A stretch of DNA of 63,534 nucleotides, filler included, from Collodictyon triciliatum (lineage: Eukaryota): NCBI GenBank assembly GCA_043381765.1. It is 8 parts of 8 records of this genome, joined end to end, with 100 filler letters (N's around TTAATTAATTAA, not from the genome) between each part and the next. Parts side by side here need not be neighbours in the genome. Positions count along the whole stretch, not along the records: positions 25,170 to 33,822 come from JBHJMP010003341.1; positions 33,923 to 42,559 come from JBHJMP010003342.1; positions 42,660 to 51,294 come from JBHJMP010003343.1; 5 more parts are not named here. One strand, given 5' to 3'. Of the stretch, positions 31,700 to 43,157 are shown one piece after another. The notes beneath the pieces are model-generated. The model had not been told where the DNA came from. It saw only the letters and a program-made list of their open reading frames with translations, and searched no databases. The position numbers were made by a program, and so were the translations under genes. Positions within the stretch are counted from its first letter, which is position 1. Each line of letters opens with the position of its first letter.

Positions 31700-33632
31700 T
31701 CACGAGAGATACCTTGTGGCCACCTCCAGCGTCTCCCGCTCCACCAGCGAATGCTGCCGCTCGAGATGACAGTCGCCGCCAACACTTGGATCCAGCCGGT
31801 ACTCTGTGAAGATGCCGCACGCATTCACCAGGAAGACCTGGCTGCTGCCCTTGATGGTGCAGACCGTAGGCACAACCGGCGCCGGAAGACGCACGGCCGC
31901 AAAGTCCCGGGCGTTGTCCAGGTAGTCTGTCACGCTGCCCGGAATGTAGGACGAGAGGTACGAGGAGGCCGAGACCACCTGTGTCGGGAGCAAGCTGCTT
32001 GCCCAGTCCTTGCTCTTCTGGTACCTGCAAGCATGGCCAGGCCGCAGTTGAGTCGCCACCGTTTCATACGCCGTGGAAAGGCAAACACATGGAACTCGGC
32101 ACCATGCATCGCGTCGTGGTATGCGGGCAATGCGAGCCGGGCTGGAGCCATGAAACAAACATGGAAGATGTGGCTGCGGAATGGATCAAAAACAAACGTT
32201 GACAGCTGGTCTAGTCGGTAGATATGAACCGTCCCGGTGTCGCTGGAGACCACCACGATGTTCGAGTCGTCACTGAAGCCCATGTGGAAGATGTTTGCAG
32301 AGTAGCTGCCACGGCGGAAGCTGTGAATCTTTGTTGCGCTTGGAATCGAGAAGATACGGATGATGGTGCCCTGAAGTATTGAAACGTTTCATTCTCGGCG
32401 GCTGCTCATAACGAGCATAAGAAACAAAACAAAACAAAACAAATGCGAGAGAAGAAAAAAGGAAAATGTACGAGACAATTGATAAAGATGAAGAAAAGAA
32501 AAAGGAAAGCAGGACATACAGTCTCCGATGCCGTCGCCAGAAGAGAGCCATTCTTGTTGAAGGTCATGTATGTGATTGCACCTTTGTGCGCCTGAATGGT
32601 GCTTGCCAAACTGCAGCTTGTGATATCGTATACGACAATATCTCCAACGTTGAGGCCGGGAGCTGCGAGATAACCTTTGGATTCATCACTCGAGAGCGCA
32701 CATATACCTACATTTCATGCCATCAGCGATTCACGAGGATTTGGCAGTACAAATAAATCCCATAAACAAAAACCTAACAGAGTCACAGAGCAATTCAGAT
32801 ACATAATTACACAAGAGCGAAAAGATGTGTTAAATGTTCAGATCTATGGGATTAAAAACAAAAACAATAGGGTGTACCCTTGAGATGTATGCGAAGATTT
32901 ATCTAAATTTTGGGTTTCAAGCAGTATGAGTCAAACCTAATGGATTCGAACTTGTATCAAACTCATGTAGCTTCTTCATGGTGGCCAGATCAAAAACATG
33001 CACCTTGTTCTCCGTGATAACAACCATTCTGATGATGTCACACGAAAAAAAAAAAAAGAGCAAAAGGAAAATTAAAGAAAAGCAAAATAAGTATAAAAAA
33101 AAAGAGCTAAATCATGATGTCTTCTTTCGCTGTGTGTTTGATTGTCATCTCGATCGCTAGTTGCAATGTGAGTGAAATAATATGATAACCATTCTATATA
33201 AAGGCAAACCTCTTTCGACTGAGTTTCACATTCAATACGGGCTGGCTCACTTCGCATTCGTAGAGCGGCGCATCTGTCTTTGAGTTCCATAAGCGAACGG
33301 TACGTTCATAGTTTGGGTTCGATGCATCTTCTTGGACAATCGCAAGTAACGACGTACAGAAAAGCATCTCAACAATCCGCGCCTTTCCTTTCCCTGTTAA
33401 AGAGGAACCGAATTATTTCAATTAAAAAGGATGCGACTGCTTTTTTTTTTAATTGAATCACTTTCATGTAATCTCTGTAGTGTGATTTCTCTCCATCAAC
33501 AGAATGAAACAGAAAGAAATAAAATGAAACAGAATGGAACAGAAACGAAAACCCACGGTTGCTGTAGCACTTTCGAAAAGGGTCTGTGGTGAAGATTTCG
33601 ATTCCTTCGTCAGTCCCAACAAAGACGCAGCT
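31700..33632 (-). CDS. ATG18: PROPPIN autophagy protein ATG18/WIPI1-2-like, multi-exon, 5'-truncated
   Basis: IFTTDPFRKCY; IVEMLFCTSLLAIV; SNPLG|ICALS; IQAHKG..FNKNGSLLATASET|GTIIRIF..HSFRRGS (FRRG phosphoinositide motif); SSDTGTVHIYRL. Confidence 0.93.
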
Positions 33633-33719
33633 GATGTTGGTCATACAACGCAGGTAAATGCAAAAGTACGTATTTTCTTTTATTTTTCATTTACTTGCGA
33701 CTTAAATAGTAGCAATAAA

Positions 33720-33822
33720 TAATAATAATAATAAAAATAACAATAAAAATAACAATAAAAATAACAATAAAAATAACAATAAAAATAACAATAAAAATAA
33801 CAATAAAAATAACAATAAAAAT
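33720..33822. repeat. (AATAAAAATAAC)n at contig end
   Basis: Seen directly. Confidence 0.95.
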
Positions 33823-33922
33823 NNNNNNNNNNNNNNNNNNNNNNNNNNNNNNNNNNNNNNNNNNNNTTAATTAATTAANNNNNNNNNNNNNNNNNNNNNN
33901 NNNNNNNNNNNNNNNNNNNNNN
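33823..33922. other. Artificial contig spacer
   Basis: Same linker. Confidence 0.99.
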
Positions 33923-34031
33923 ATACATACATACATACATACATACATACATACATACATACATACATACATACATACATACATACATACATACATACAT
34001 ACATACATACATACATACATACATACATACA
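33923..34031. repeat. (ATAC)n at contig start
   Basis: Seen directly. Confidence 0.95.
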
Positions 34032-35970
34032 TGCATATTGGTCATTTCATCTAACGCGAACAGAGGGATAAAAATTAAAAATTTGTGACAGGCACAGACA
34101 TATCTGAATATAAAACACATCCAAACCATGACATAATGTATTGAAATAAAATAGTCACATGTTCGTACAAAACAATAACAAGTATGAAGTATTCTCGCAT
34201 GGGGGATAGAAGATGCATATTGAAGCTGGATAATTGTTAGATATAGGACTGTAGTGAGTGAATCATAGAAACATACAATGTTTAAGTTAAATGGAAGCCC
34301 GTTTGAGGAAGGGAAACAAAACTCCCAAACGCTTCGAAGTTGGCAGCGCAGTCAGGAGACGAAGAGAACTTGGGCGCAAGGGTAGAGTATCTTAAATATT
34401 AAACATCCTAGTGATAGGACAGAAACCTATGAATGGAAAGGTGATGCATATATCAGCAAGATTCTTGACACGCATAAACCACACAAATATGAATATGAGA
34501 ATGATTGGATGTGGTATAAAGTGATAGAATGAAATTAAATCAGAAAATTATTTGGATAGGATAGACGAACGACCGAATGCCGAAAAAAAAACACTAATGA
34601 ATGCGCATTAAAAGCCAAAATGAATCATTGAATCCTGCGCTTTTGATGCAGAAAAGGAACATGGCTGAGTATATAGAACAATAATAATCGGTCGGAAGAA
34701 GGCAGGACATGCCATCTACATATAACAGTATTCCGAAAAGAACCGACTCCATAGCGGGGAGGATGTACAGTCAAGAGAGAATTCGATTCGTTAACCACTA
34801 CCCGAGTGAGCTAGCGAAAGACAACCGCGAACAGATGCTGTGAAAAGATGAAAAATAGGGATATGTTCATTCCAGCAAAACTGCTTTTCAAATGATGCGA
34901 GTAATTAAGAGGGCATGTTCGTTTGCGTCAGCTTTTTCTTGTTTAAGTAACTAGTGAGACTATGTATGCTTATCGAAAAGAAGATACTTCAATATTCTTG
35001 ATGTGTGCTGTCTGTCAAATTCTTATCCTTTATTTACTCGGCTATTGGGATACCTCAATTTTTTAAAAAAAATTCATCTTCATTAATACTATATCGACCT
35101 TATCGATTTCTGTTTTATCCTTATAACGTGTGCATTCCGACTAAAAAGCGGTTAATAACCCACACAGCCAAAAAAATAAAAATAAAAAAGGCCGTGTGCC
35201 TCGTTGAATCAGGTCTCAACACCCACTGCTCAGCACGAAAGTATATTCTGCAACGTGATAATTCTTCGAACTTTGTCTGCATTGTTTGACTATGTGCTGC
35301 TTTCGTGATTCTCGTTTACTCAGTGAACTGCAGCGAGTCGGTTCCCTTCGCAGCTTTTTTATTATGCTTTGCTTCGCCGCTTTGATTCACCGTTCGAGTT
35401 GATTCATTCGATAAACCCATCGCACAACGGTCAGAATGATAATTCCAGTCATGGATATATTCTTTGAATAAACTTTATATTTCTGGAAAATAATATATTT
35501 CTCGCCTCATTTAATCAGATTTTGATAAATATTAATTTTGAACTGTTTTTTGCATAAATATGCATTTATAATTCAACATATTACACATATTATTGTTTAT
35601 TTTCACTGTAATTCAATTCAATTTATTAGTTACGCAACATACAGTGGAAGTTTTCATTTCTTCTCGCTTTGGCGTTTTGTGTGATTGAATCAAGAATCCG
35701 CGAGATATCACTGCGCCAAACTACGTCTTGATTGCATCGCTGCAGTATTGTTGTGAGTGGACATAACCATATAATCATTGTTCTAAAATAAGAGTCACAG
35801 AGACCGCCATGTATATCGTCGTTCGAAAAAAAATAAAAGGTTTGAAAAGAAGGGAATAAGCATTCTAATGGCAAACATCTAAATACGACGAAATGATATT
35901 CCGTTCCAAAAAAAAAAAAAAGCGTCCATCACATAAAATAATGAGATAAAGGACAAATGCTTCTTCACAG

Positions 35971-36808
35971 ATACGGCCGTGGCGAAGCTTCTTTGCCATA
36001 AGAACCAGCTCCCTGCAAAGTTTACGGTGATGGGCAAAAAGTATCCAAAGCGCATCCTCAAAGAGCGTCCGCCAGCCGCGAACAACGAAAGACAAGTAAA
36101 AGCCTTGCAAAAGAATACACCTGCCAAACAGACAGGCAGCAATGGGGTCAAGAAAGTCAAAGCCAGGCAACAACTGAGCCCGAAAGACTCACAGCAGATA
36201 AGCGCATACAGCGACAGCGACGATGACATGAAAGGAAATCTCGGTTCCTCTTCAGAATCCTCGCACTCGAGCCCTCCACCGCCAACGCCGGACAAGCCCG
36301 CACATCGCAAGACCCAAGAGCAGCGCATCTCCAAACCCCGAAAGAAATCCCCCCTTAAACTTCCCATTCAGACTGACGTAAATATGGTTAACATGGGAGG
36401 CATCAAGGCAGTCTTCGTTACTTATCCGAAAGGATACTCCAAAGCGAAGGCTACACAAGAACCAGCGCCCACCAAAGATAGTCCGTTTACCTGCCCCAGC
36501 CCGTCACACCGAGAACCAAGGAGCAAGAGCAAACACCACAAGTCGAATCCAAGCTTGGAACTTCACACACTAAAGACAGTCCGAGCAAGCAGGAGTGTAT
36601 GTTTCTAAAACCACAAACGCGTATCCATACTCCGGTTAAGCAAAGTCCACTGCTTACTACGCATGGTCCCGATGCCAGGGGACGGTCAAGTGCCATTTCC
36701 GTGAATACCAGACAAACAACGATGCATCGCTTTCTATCTGAGTCACCCAGCAAGAAACGCAAGGAAAGTGACCCGTTGTCTCCTCGAAATACTCATCATT
36801 TGGAATGA
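35971..36808 (+). CDS. Exons of an unknown basic, Ser/Pro-rich disordered protein; upstream exons may reach about 34270
   Basis: Acceptor TTCACAG at about 35970, 209-aa K/S/P-rich ORF, then an in-frame short intron (about 36597-36640) to an exon with RQTTMHRFLSESPSKKRK. Confidence 0.5.
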
Positions 36809-37303
36809 AATAGGATGTAAACCTTGTCTGAGATAGACGGTTGAAAGGACTCGCCGGAATCGATTTGAGGAGTAACTGCCATGTGCGTACTTTCATCGAC
36901 CCGACAACTTTATCCGCTCTTCTGTCAGTCTCGAACACAACCAGAAATCGCGTTGAAGCTGATTCACCTCGGGTAGAATAGTCTGGGTGTGAGAACACTT
37001 TCTCTCATTCCTATCTTGTTTTCTTTCTATTTTCTTTTTCTTTCCACCCAAAACACAAAAACTCCAACCACACAATCCGGGGGTTTCTCACTGTCTTGTC
37101 CACATTATTTTTTTTTAAATAGGATATTATTTCAATTATCTATTTTTCAATGAAGCGTACAAAAAAAAAAAACTTAATAGGGGTTCCTTTATTTTTTTCA
37201 TAGTAGAGCCTACTTGGATAAAAAGCGAACTTGATGGCCAGAAATAGGGTCTGGGAAAGCTCAGAGCCTATTTTGACACCATCAGATTTAAGTTTTTCCT
37301 TTT

Positions 37304-37483
<180 letters not shown>

Positions 37484-37549
37484 GATCTTAAGCATAATGT
37501 TGTTGTAAAATAGACCTGTCTAAAATAATTTCGACTATATCATACCAAC

Positions 37550-40500
37550 TTATGCCGCCGAAGCTTTCTCTCTCCACTGCATCGCTTTATTGGTATCCCT
37601 TGCGACACCCCATCCATTTTCGTAGCATTCAGCAAGAGCTAAAATAGCTTCTTTACTTTTGAGCTCTTCCTCCTCTTCCATTTCCACGATTCCTTTCAAT
37701 GAATCGAATGCCTCCCTCGTGCCTTGCTGTGCAAGGTGTTTCAGCTTTTCAAATTTTTGTGCTTTTCCAAGCCATTCTGAGGTTTTCTCGATGTCTCTAT
37801 CAACGCCCCATCCGTTCTCATAACATTCAGCAACTATAGCCACAGCCTGAGGGTATTTATAGCTTCCATTCCACAACCTTATCTCAGCCACTTCAATCAG
37901 AACATCGAATGCTTCCCTCACCCCTTGATGTGCAAGGTGTTTCAGCTTTTCAAATTTTTGTGCTTTTCCAAGCCATTCTGAGGTTTTCTCGATGTCTCTA
38001 TCAACGCCCCATCCATTCTCATAACATTCAGCAACTATAGCCACAGCATGCAGATATTTATGCGTGTCTGCATCTTTGATATCAGCCACCGTTACGAGTG
38101 CTTCAAATGCCTCCTTGGACTTTTCTTGTGCTAGTTGCCTCAGTTTCTCAATTTTCCTGGCCTTTCCGAGCCATTCAATAGCTCGTCCCATATCTATATC
38201 AACTCCCCATCCATTCTCGTAGCATTCAGCAACAATAACCACAGCCTGGGGATATTTGTATTCCTCATATTCTTCTATCCCAGCCACCTCTATCAGAATA
38301 TTGAGAGCCTCTCTTGAACCTGCTTGCACTAATTTTTTAAGCTTGTCAAATTTTTCAGCCCTCCCGTACCACTTTGCCGCTTTATTAGTACTCTTCTCAA
38401 CACCCCATCCATTCTCATAGCATTCAGCCATCATATGAGCCTGGAACTTAGTAAAATGGCGTTGCTCGCAGTAGCTTATAAATTCCACATCAAAAGAGGC
38501 AGAACCTTCTTGCAGTAACAGTTTCTTACTCATCGCACTCAATCCTATGACATTCCTGTTCGAAATATGCGCTCCCTCGAACTTTCTTGAACCAAATATT
38601 CGAACCACACTGGTATGAACAATTTTATTTGTATCAATTGTCCTCCTTTCATCGATGGTTTCACAAAGAACCGGAATGTCGACACCCAAATTTTCTGTCT
38701 TGGAAACAGACCTATATCGCCCATACTCCGTTTCTGACTTTTGTAACCTGTATTCTTGGGTTTCAATACTTAATTCCAATATACGTACTAAATGATCAGA
38801 GCATCCATATACCAGCCAACTTTCGCCATTTGGTCCTTGAATACTGCAAACACTATTGACTGGCTCTGTATGCCCTTCTATTGTTTTGATTTGGTTTCCT
38901 GTGACTACATCCCAAATTTGTATTGTTTTATCATGACTTCCAGAGGCCAACCAATTTTCTCCATTCGGTCCTTGGATGCAGCAAATACCGTTGACATTCC
39001 ATGTGTGACCTTCTAATTTTTTGATTGGGTTTCCTGTGGCAACATCCCAAATACGTATTGTATTATCATGACTTCCAGAGGCCAACCAATTTTCTCCATT
39101 CGGTCCTTGGATGCAGCAAAGACTGTTGATAGCATCTGTATGTCCTTCTAATGTTTTGATTTGGTTTCCTGTAGCCACATCTAAAATCCGTAATTCATTG
39201 CCATTTGTTCCGTACGCCAGCCAATTTTCACCATTCGGACCTTGGATGCTGCAAACGCTGTTGATGTACTGGTCATAGATTTCAATTATTTTGGATCGAC
39301 ACCCGATAGATATATACCAAATACGTATTGTATTATCGCCACTTCCAGAAACCAACCATTTCTCGCCATTCGGACCTTGAATACTGCAAACACTATTCAC
39401 AGCATCTGTATGCCCTTCTAGTTTTCTTATTTGACTGCCTGTGGCTACGTCCCAAATACATATTGTATTGTCGCCACTTCCAGAAGCCAACCACTTTTCA
39501 CCATCCGGTCCTTGAATGCTGCAAACACTATTCACAGCATCTGTATGCCCTTCTAATTTTCTTATTTGACTGCCTGTGGCTACATCCCAGATACGTATTG
39601 TTTTATCATCACTTCCAGAAGTCAGCCACTTTTTACCATTCGGCCCTTGAACACTGCAAACACTAGAGACTCGTCTCTCATGACCGTTTGGTAATTTAAT
39701 TTGATTATTGGTAGAGATATACCAAATTCCTATTGTGTTATCATGACTTCCAGAGGCCAGCCAATTTTCACCATTCGGTCCTTGAATATTGCAAATACTG
39801 TTGACATTCCATGTATGACCTTCGAGTATTTTGATTTGGTTTCCAGTAACTACATCCCAAATGCATATTGTTTTATCATCGCTTCCAGAAGCCAGCCACT
39901 TTTCACCATTTGCCCCTTTAACACCACAAAGGCTACTGACAGCATCCTTATGCCTTTCTAATGTTTTGATTTGGTTTCCTGTGGTAATATCCCAAATACG
40001 TATCATTTTATCATCACTTCCAGAAACCAGCCAATTTTCACCGTTCGGTCCTTGAATACTGCAAACACTCATAATGGCTTCTGAATGATTTCCTAGTATT
40101 TTGATTTGGTTTCCCGAGGCTAAATCCCAAATGCGTATTGTATTGTCAAGACTTCCAGAAGCCAACCAGTTTTCACCGTTCGGTCCTTCAATGTTGCAAA
40201 TGGCCCTAATAGCGTCTTCGTGTCCTTCTAGTGTTTTGATTTGGTTTCCTGTGGCTACATCCCAAATACGTATTGTTTTATCTCCACTACCAGAAGCCAG
40301 CCATTTTTCGCCATTCGGTCCTTGAATACTACAAACACTCCAAACACCACTTGTGTGACCTTCTAATGTTTTGATTCGGTTTCCAGCTGCTACATCCCAA
40401 ATACATATTGTATTATCACTACTTCCGGAAACCAGCCAATTTTCACCGTTCAGTCCTTGAATACTGCAAACACTATTAACAGAATATGTGTGCCCTTCCA

Positions 40501-42544
40501 ATATTTCGATTGGGTTTCCAGTAGCTACATCCCAGATACGTATTGTTTTATCGTCGCTTCCAGAAGCCAACCAGTTTTCACCATTCGGTCCTTGAATGCT
40601 GCAAACACTCTTGACATAACCTGCATGTCCCAAAAACAAAGGCAAGCGACCAAAATTAACGCCTTTCATATTTGCGTCATCAAAAACACAGTTTGAAATA
40701 CACGCATTATAGAACAAAACATCCTCCAAGTTGGCACCTGTGAAGTCAGCACCATCAGCAACAGACTGTGACATATCAGCATTCGGAATGTGTATCCCTC
40801 TGAAATCCATGCCACTGAATGTAACGTCAGCATAATTCAGAATTGTGATAGCGTTTGATGCAGCTTGCGCTTTGGTTGCATCTGTCTTCGATTGCTCGAT
40901 GATCGAAAAGAGATTGTCTTTGTAGGTTTTGTCTTTGTTCACTTTTTCACTCAGGTTGAGCAGAATGGCAGGCTCAAGCTTTTTATCTAGAACATTCGTC
41001 TTCACTTTCGATTTCAACACAGAATGAACAGCATTTAAAAGCTTGAAGCTTGGTGATTTTGCATCAAATTCTCCATGTTTTGAATTCGCGGGTTCAGAGG
41101 ACGTTGCAACATTTTGAGCTTCCGTTGATGGTTCGGCAGAATCTTTATTTTCCGCATCGGAACTATTGATTTCATCTTTGATGTACTCAGCAGCAAAGAA
41201 TTCGTAGAGCGATTTGTGAAAGAACTCATATGTTGTGGCGCTAGATTTCTTAATAGGTGCACATCGCAATACGAAGACAGAGTAAGTTCGCTCACCATCA
41301 ATCATATGGTCTGGATTAGGATGGAAAAACTCATCGTATTCATGCTTTTTAGCCTTCCCCTCAACTTTGTCGTACTCCAAAGCAAGATGGCCTTTCTGGA
41401 ACATGACTTCTGCAATATCTTTGCACTTCACCCAAAGCAATCTTTCCAAATCTTCAGGCATTTTCTGTTTCAATGAAAAATTTTCTTCAAGCTTCTCTCT
41501 TTCGCGTTCGAACCATCTTCTCGAAAACCTGTCCAGAAAATCTGTTCTCATGATTTTTTCATTCTCTTTCGATTTCGACTCATCTCTTTCCTTCAGTATG
41601 GACGGCAGGGTGGTGGCTGCCATGAAAATCATAAACGGAGTGACAGTCAATTCGTCCAGCTCCTTTATTTTCTTCAATTCTTCCTCGTACTTTTCACCAT
41701 TTTCCCACCCTTCAATGGGATTTCTCGTAGCATACTTGTTGAAGTAATCAAGCCTTTGCTTAGTTTCAAAAGGTCTCAGATATATTTCATCCAGAGAGTA
41801 TCCATGACTAGCTTTGGGTGCAAAAAGCGATTGATACTGAGATTTCTTATCCAAAAACTGCTTGCGGCATCCAATGACAAACTTGCAGTTGGGCCATTCT
41901 TCAAGCTTATTTGATTTATAAAAGGATGTACCACTATCTTCAATCTCATCGTAACCATCCAGGAAAATGATGAATTTCATCTTTTTCAATTCTTTTATTT
42001 GTTCGACTCGAAAATCAGAGTCTGGGATGTAGAAGCTGTTTTTACTCTCAGAAAGAAGCAGTTCTTCGATGGCATTTTCTCTGGGCTTTTCCAATGAAGT
42101 GAGAGCAGCATACAAAGGAATATGTGACTTTCCATATTCATACTTTTCCCAAAGCAATCGCACAATAAACTGCTGTAACAATGATTTCCCAGAACCAGAA
42201 TCGCCAAGTATCAGCAGCACTTTTTCTTTTGTAGATGTAAAGAAATTCAGGATGTATTCTTGGGCACCAAAAACTTTTCCTTTCTCAACAATTCTTTCGG
42301 CTTGGCCAGGAATATACGTATTAAAACGACTATTGAATTCTTCATTTCGAATGGTCTCCTCCTTGATATTCTCGATGATGTCGTGAATCGTTCTTTCGTC
42401 TTTACCAGCCTTTTCAAAAAGTGCAGTTGGTAATGTTGACTCTTTTGGCTTATATTCTGCCATTTCTTGCTTTTTTGATTCCACAAATCGGTTAATAACC
42501 TCACTTTTCAGCCATTTTTCATGACGTGTGATATGCTCCATCAA
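37550..42544 (-). CDS. STAND/NACHT NTPase + pentapeptide repeats + 14 WD40 + Sel1-like repeats (NWD-type NLR-like), intronless, probably 5'-truncated
   Basis: Walker A LLILGDSGSGKS; Walker B IIFLDGYDEI; LRPF, TPFMI and FFHKSLYEFFAA motifs; ADMSQSVADGADFTGANLEDVLF pentapeptides; 14 x 45-aa WD40; 5 x AECYENGWGV. The frame stays open to the contig edge. Confidence 0.93.
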   Translation of the reverse strand: MMEHITRHEKWLKSEVINRFVESKKQEMAEYKPKESTLPTALFEKAGKDERTIHDIIENIKEETIRNEEFNSRFNTYIPGQAERIVEKGKVFGAQEYILNFFTSTKEKVLLILGDSGSGKSLLQQFIVRLLWEKYEYGKSHIPLYAALTSLEKPRENAIEELLLSESKNSFYIPDSDFRVEQIKELKKMKFIIFLDGYDEIEDSGTSFYKSNKLEEWPNCKFVIGCRKQFLDKKSQYQSLFAPKASHGYSLDEIYLRPFETKQRLDYFNKYATRNPIEGWENGEKYEEELKKIKELDELTVTPFMIFMAATTLPSILKERDESKSKENEKIMRTDFLDRFSRRWFEREREKLEENFSLKQKMPEDLERLLWVKCKDIAEVMFQKGHLALEYDKVEGKAKKHEYDEFFHPNPDHMIDGERTYSVFVLRCAPIKKSSATTYEFFHKSLYEFFAAEYIKDEINSSDAENKDSAEPSTEAQNVATSSEPANSKHGEFDAKSPSFKLLNAVHSVLKSKVKTNVLDKKLEPAILLNLSEKVNKDKTYKDNLFSIIEQSKTDATKAQAASNAITILNYADVTFSGMDFRGIHIPNADMSQSVADGADFTGANLEDVLFYNACISNCVFDDANMKGVNFGRLPLFLGHAGYVKSVCSIQGPNGENWLASGSDDKTIRIWDVATGNPIEILEGHTYSVNSVCSIQGLNGENWLVSGSSDNTICIWDVAAGNRIKTLEGHTSGVWSVCSIQGPNGEKWLASGSGDKTIRIWDVATGNQIKTLEGHEDAIRAICNIEGPNGENWLASGSLDNTIRIWDLASGNQIKILGNHSEAIMSVCSIQGPNGENWLVSGSDDKMIRIWDITTGNQIKTLERHKDAVSSLCGVKGANGEKWLASGSDDKTICIWDVVTGNQIKILEGHTWNVNSICNIQGPNGENWLASGSHDNTIGIWYISTNNQIKLPNGHERRVSSVCSVQGPNGKKWLTSGSDDKTIRIWDVATGSQIRKLEGHTDAVNSVCSIQGPDGEKWLASGSGDNTICIWDVATGSQIRKLEGHTDAVNSVCSIQGPNGEKWLVSGSGDNTIRIWYISIGCRSKIIEIYDQYINSVCSIQGPNGENWLAYGTNGNELRILDVATGNQIKTLEGHTDAINSLCCIQGPNGENWLASGSHDNTIRIWDVATGNPIKKLEGHTWNVNGICCIQGPNGENWLASGSHDKTIQIWDVVTGNQIKTIEGHTEPVNSVCSIQGPNGESWLVYGCSDHLVRILELSIETQEYRLQKSETEYGRYRSVSKTENLGVDIPVLCETIDERRTIDTNKIVHTSVVRIFGSRKFEGAHISNRNVIGLSAMSKKLLLQEGSASFDVEFISYCEQRHFTKFQAHMMAECYENGWGVEKSTNKAAKWYGRAEKFDKLKKLVQAGSREALNILIEVAGIEEYEEYKYPQAVVIVAECYENGWGVDIDMGRAIEWLGKARKIEKLRQLAQEKSKEAFEALVTVADIKDADTHKYLHAVAIVAECYENGWGVDRDIEKTSEWLGKAQKFEKLKHLAHQGVREAFDVLIEVAEIRLWNGSYKYPQAVAIVAECYENGWGVDRDIEKTSEWLGKAQKFEKLKHLAQQGTREAFDSLKGIVEMEEEEELKSKEAILALAECYENGWGVARDTNKAMQWREKASAA

Positions 42545-42559
42545 TTCGCGGACTTTTTG

Positions 42560-42659
42560 NNNNNNNNNNNNNNNNNNNNNNNNNNNNNNNNNNNNNNNNN
42601 NNNTTAATTAATTAANNNNNNNNNNNNNNNNNNNNNNNNNNNNNNNNNNNNNNNNNNNN
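42560..42659. other. Artificial contig spacer
   Basis: Same linker. Confidence 0.99.
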
Positions 42660-42678
42660 GATAGACGCTCAAAGGGCG

Positions 42679-43157
42679 ATGCCTTCGTATGCACCACCAG
42701 CGCCAATTCTTAGACCTCGACCTCCACCGATGTCGTTGGCGGGCTCGATCTTAGCTCACCACAAAAACATTCGACCACGGTACTTACTTGCTGCTCACCA
42801 GTCAGATGTGGAGGCAAGCAGTGCTCTACCAAGAGCTGCGGAGCAAGTACACGAGTTGATTTGCTCTTGGATTGATATTTGTTCAGTATCTACCATAAGA
42901 AATTATGACTTGATCGTAATAATATTTATTTGGCCAGGTCTTTTTCTCATTTTTACACAACAATCGCACACGTAATTAATATGTTTATTTTGGCAGGAAA
43001 AGTTATGCTCGGAAGAGCAGCATGCCGTCGAAAGGGGGTTTGCTGACTTTCATGAAGTAGAACTAGTGCGATATTGGGTGGAAATGATTCAAAATGTACT
43101 CCAAGGGGAAGATTATGAATGATACACCTTTTGATTTCTCGACAGGCAGCACCATAA
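42679..43157 (+). CDS. Small 3-exon hypothetical protein, possibly 5'-truncated
   Basis: Phase-0 GT-AG exons 42679-42885, 42997-43095 and 43146-43157: MPSYAPPAPILRPRPPPMSL..|EKLCSEEQHAVERGFADFHEVELVRYWVEMIQN|AAP*. Confidence 0.4.

Noticed and set aside
29013-32283. Many overlapping ORFs in the GC-rich island
   Set aside because: Shadow frames from low stop density; explained by Ars2, PNO1 and ATG18 exons.
33029-33047. CTGATGA..GAAA hammerhead-like core
   Set aside because: No valid stems; it is the reverse strand of an ATG18 splice acceptor.
38780-40630. Regular 135-bp and 126-bp repeats as CRISPR-like arrays
   Set aside because: In-frame WD40 coding repeats with no repeat-spacer structure and no cas genes.
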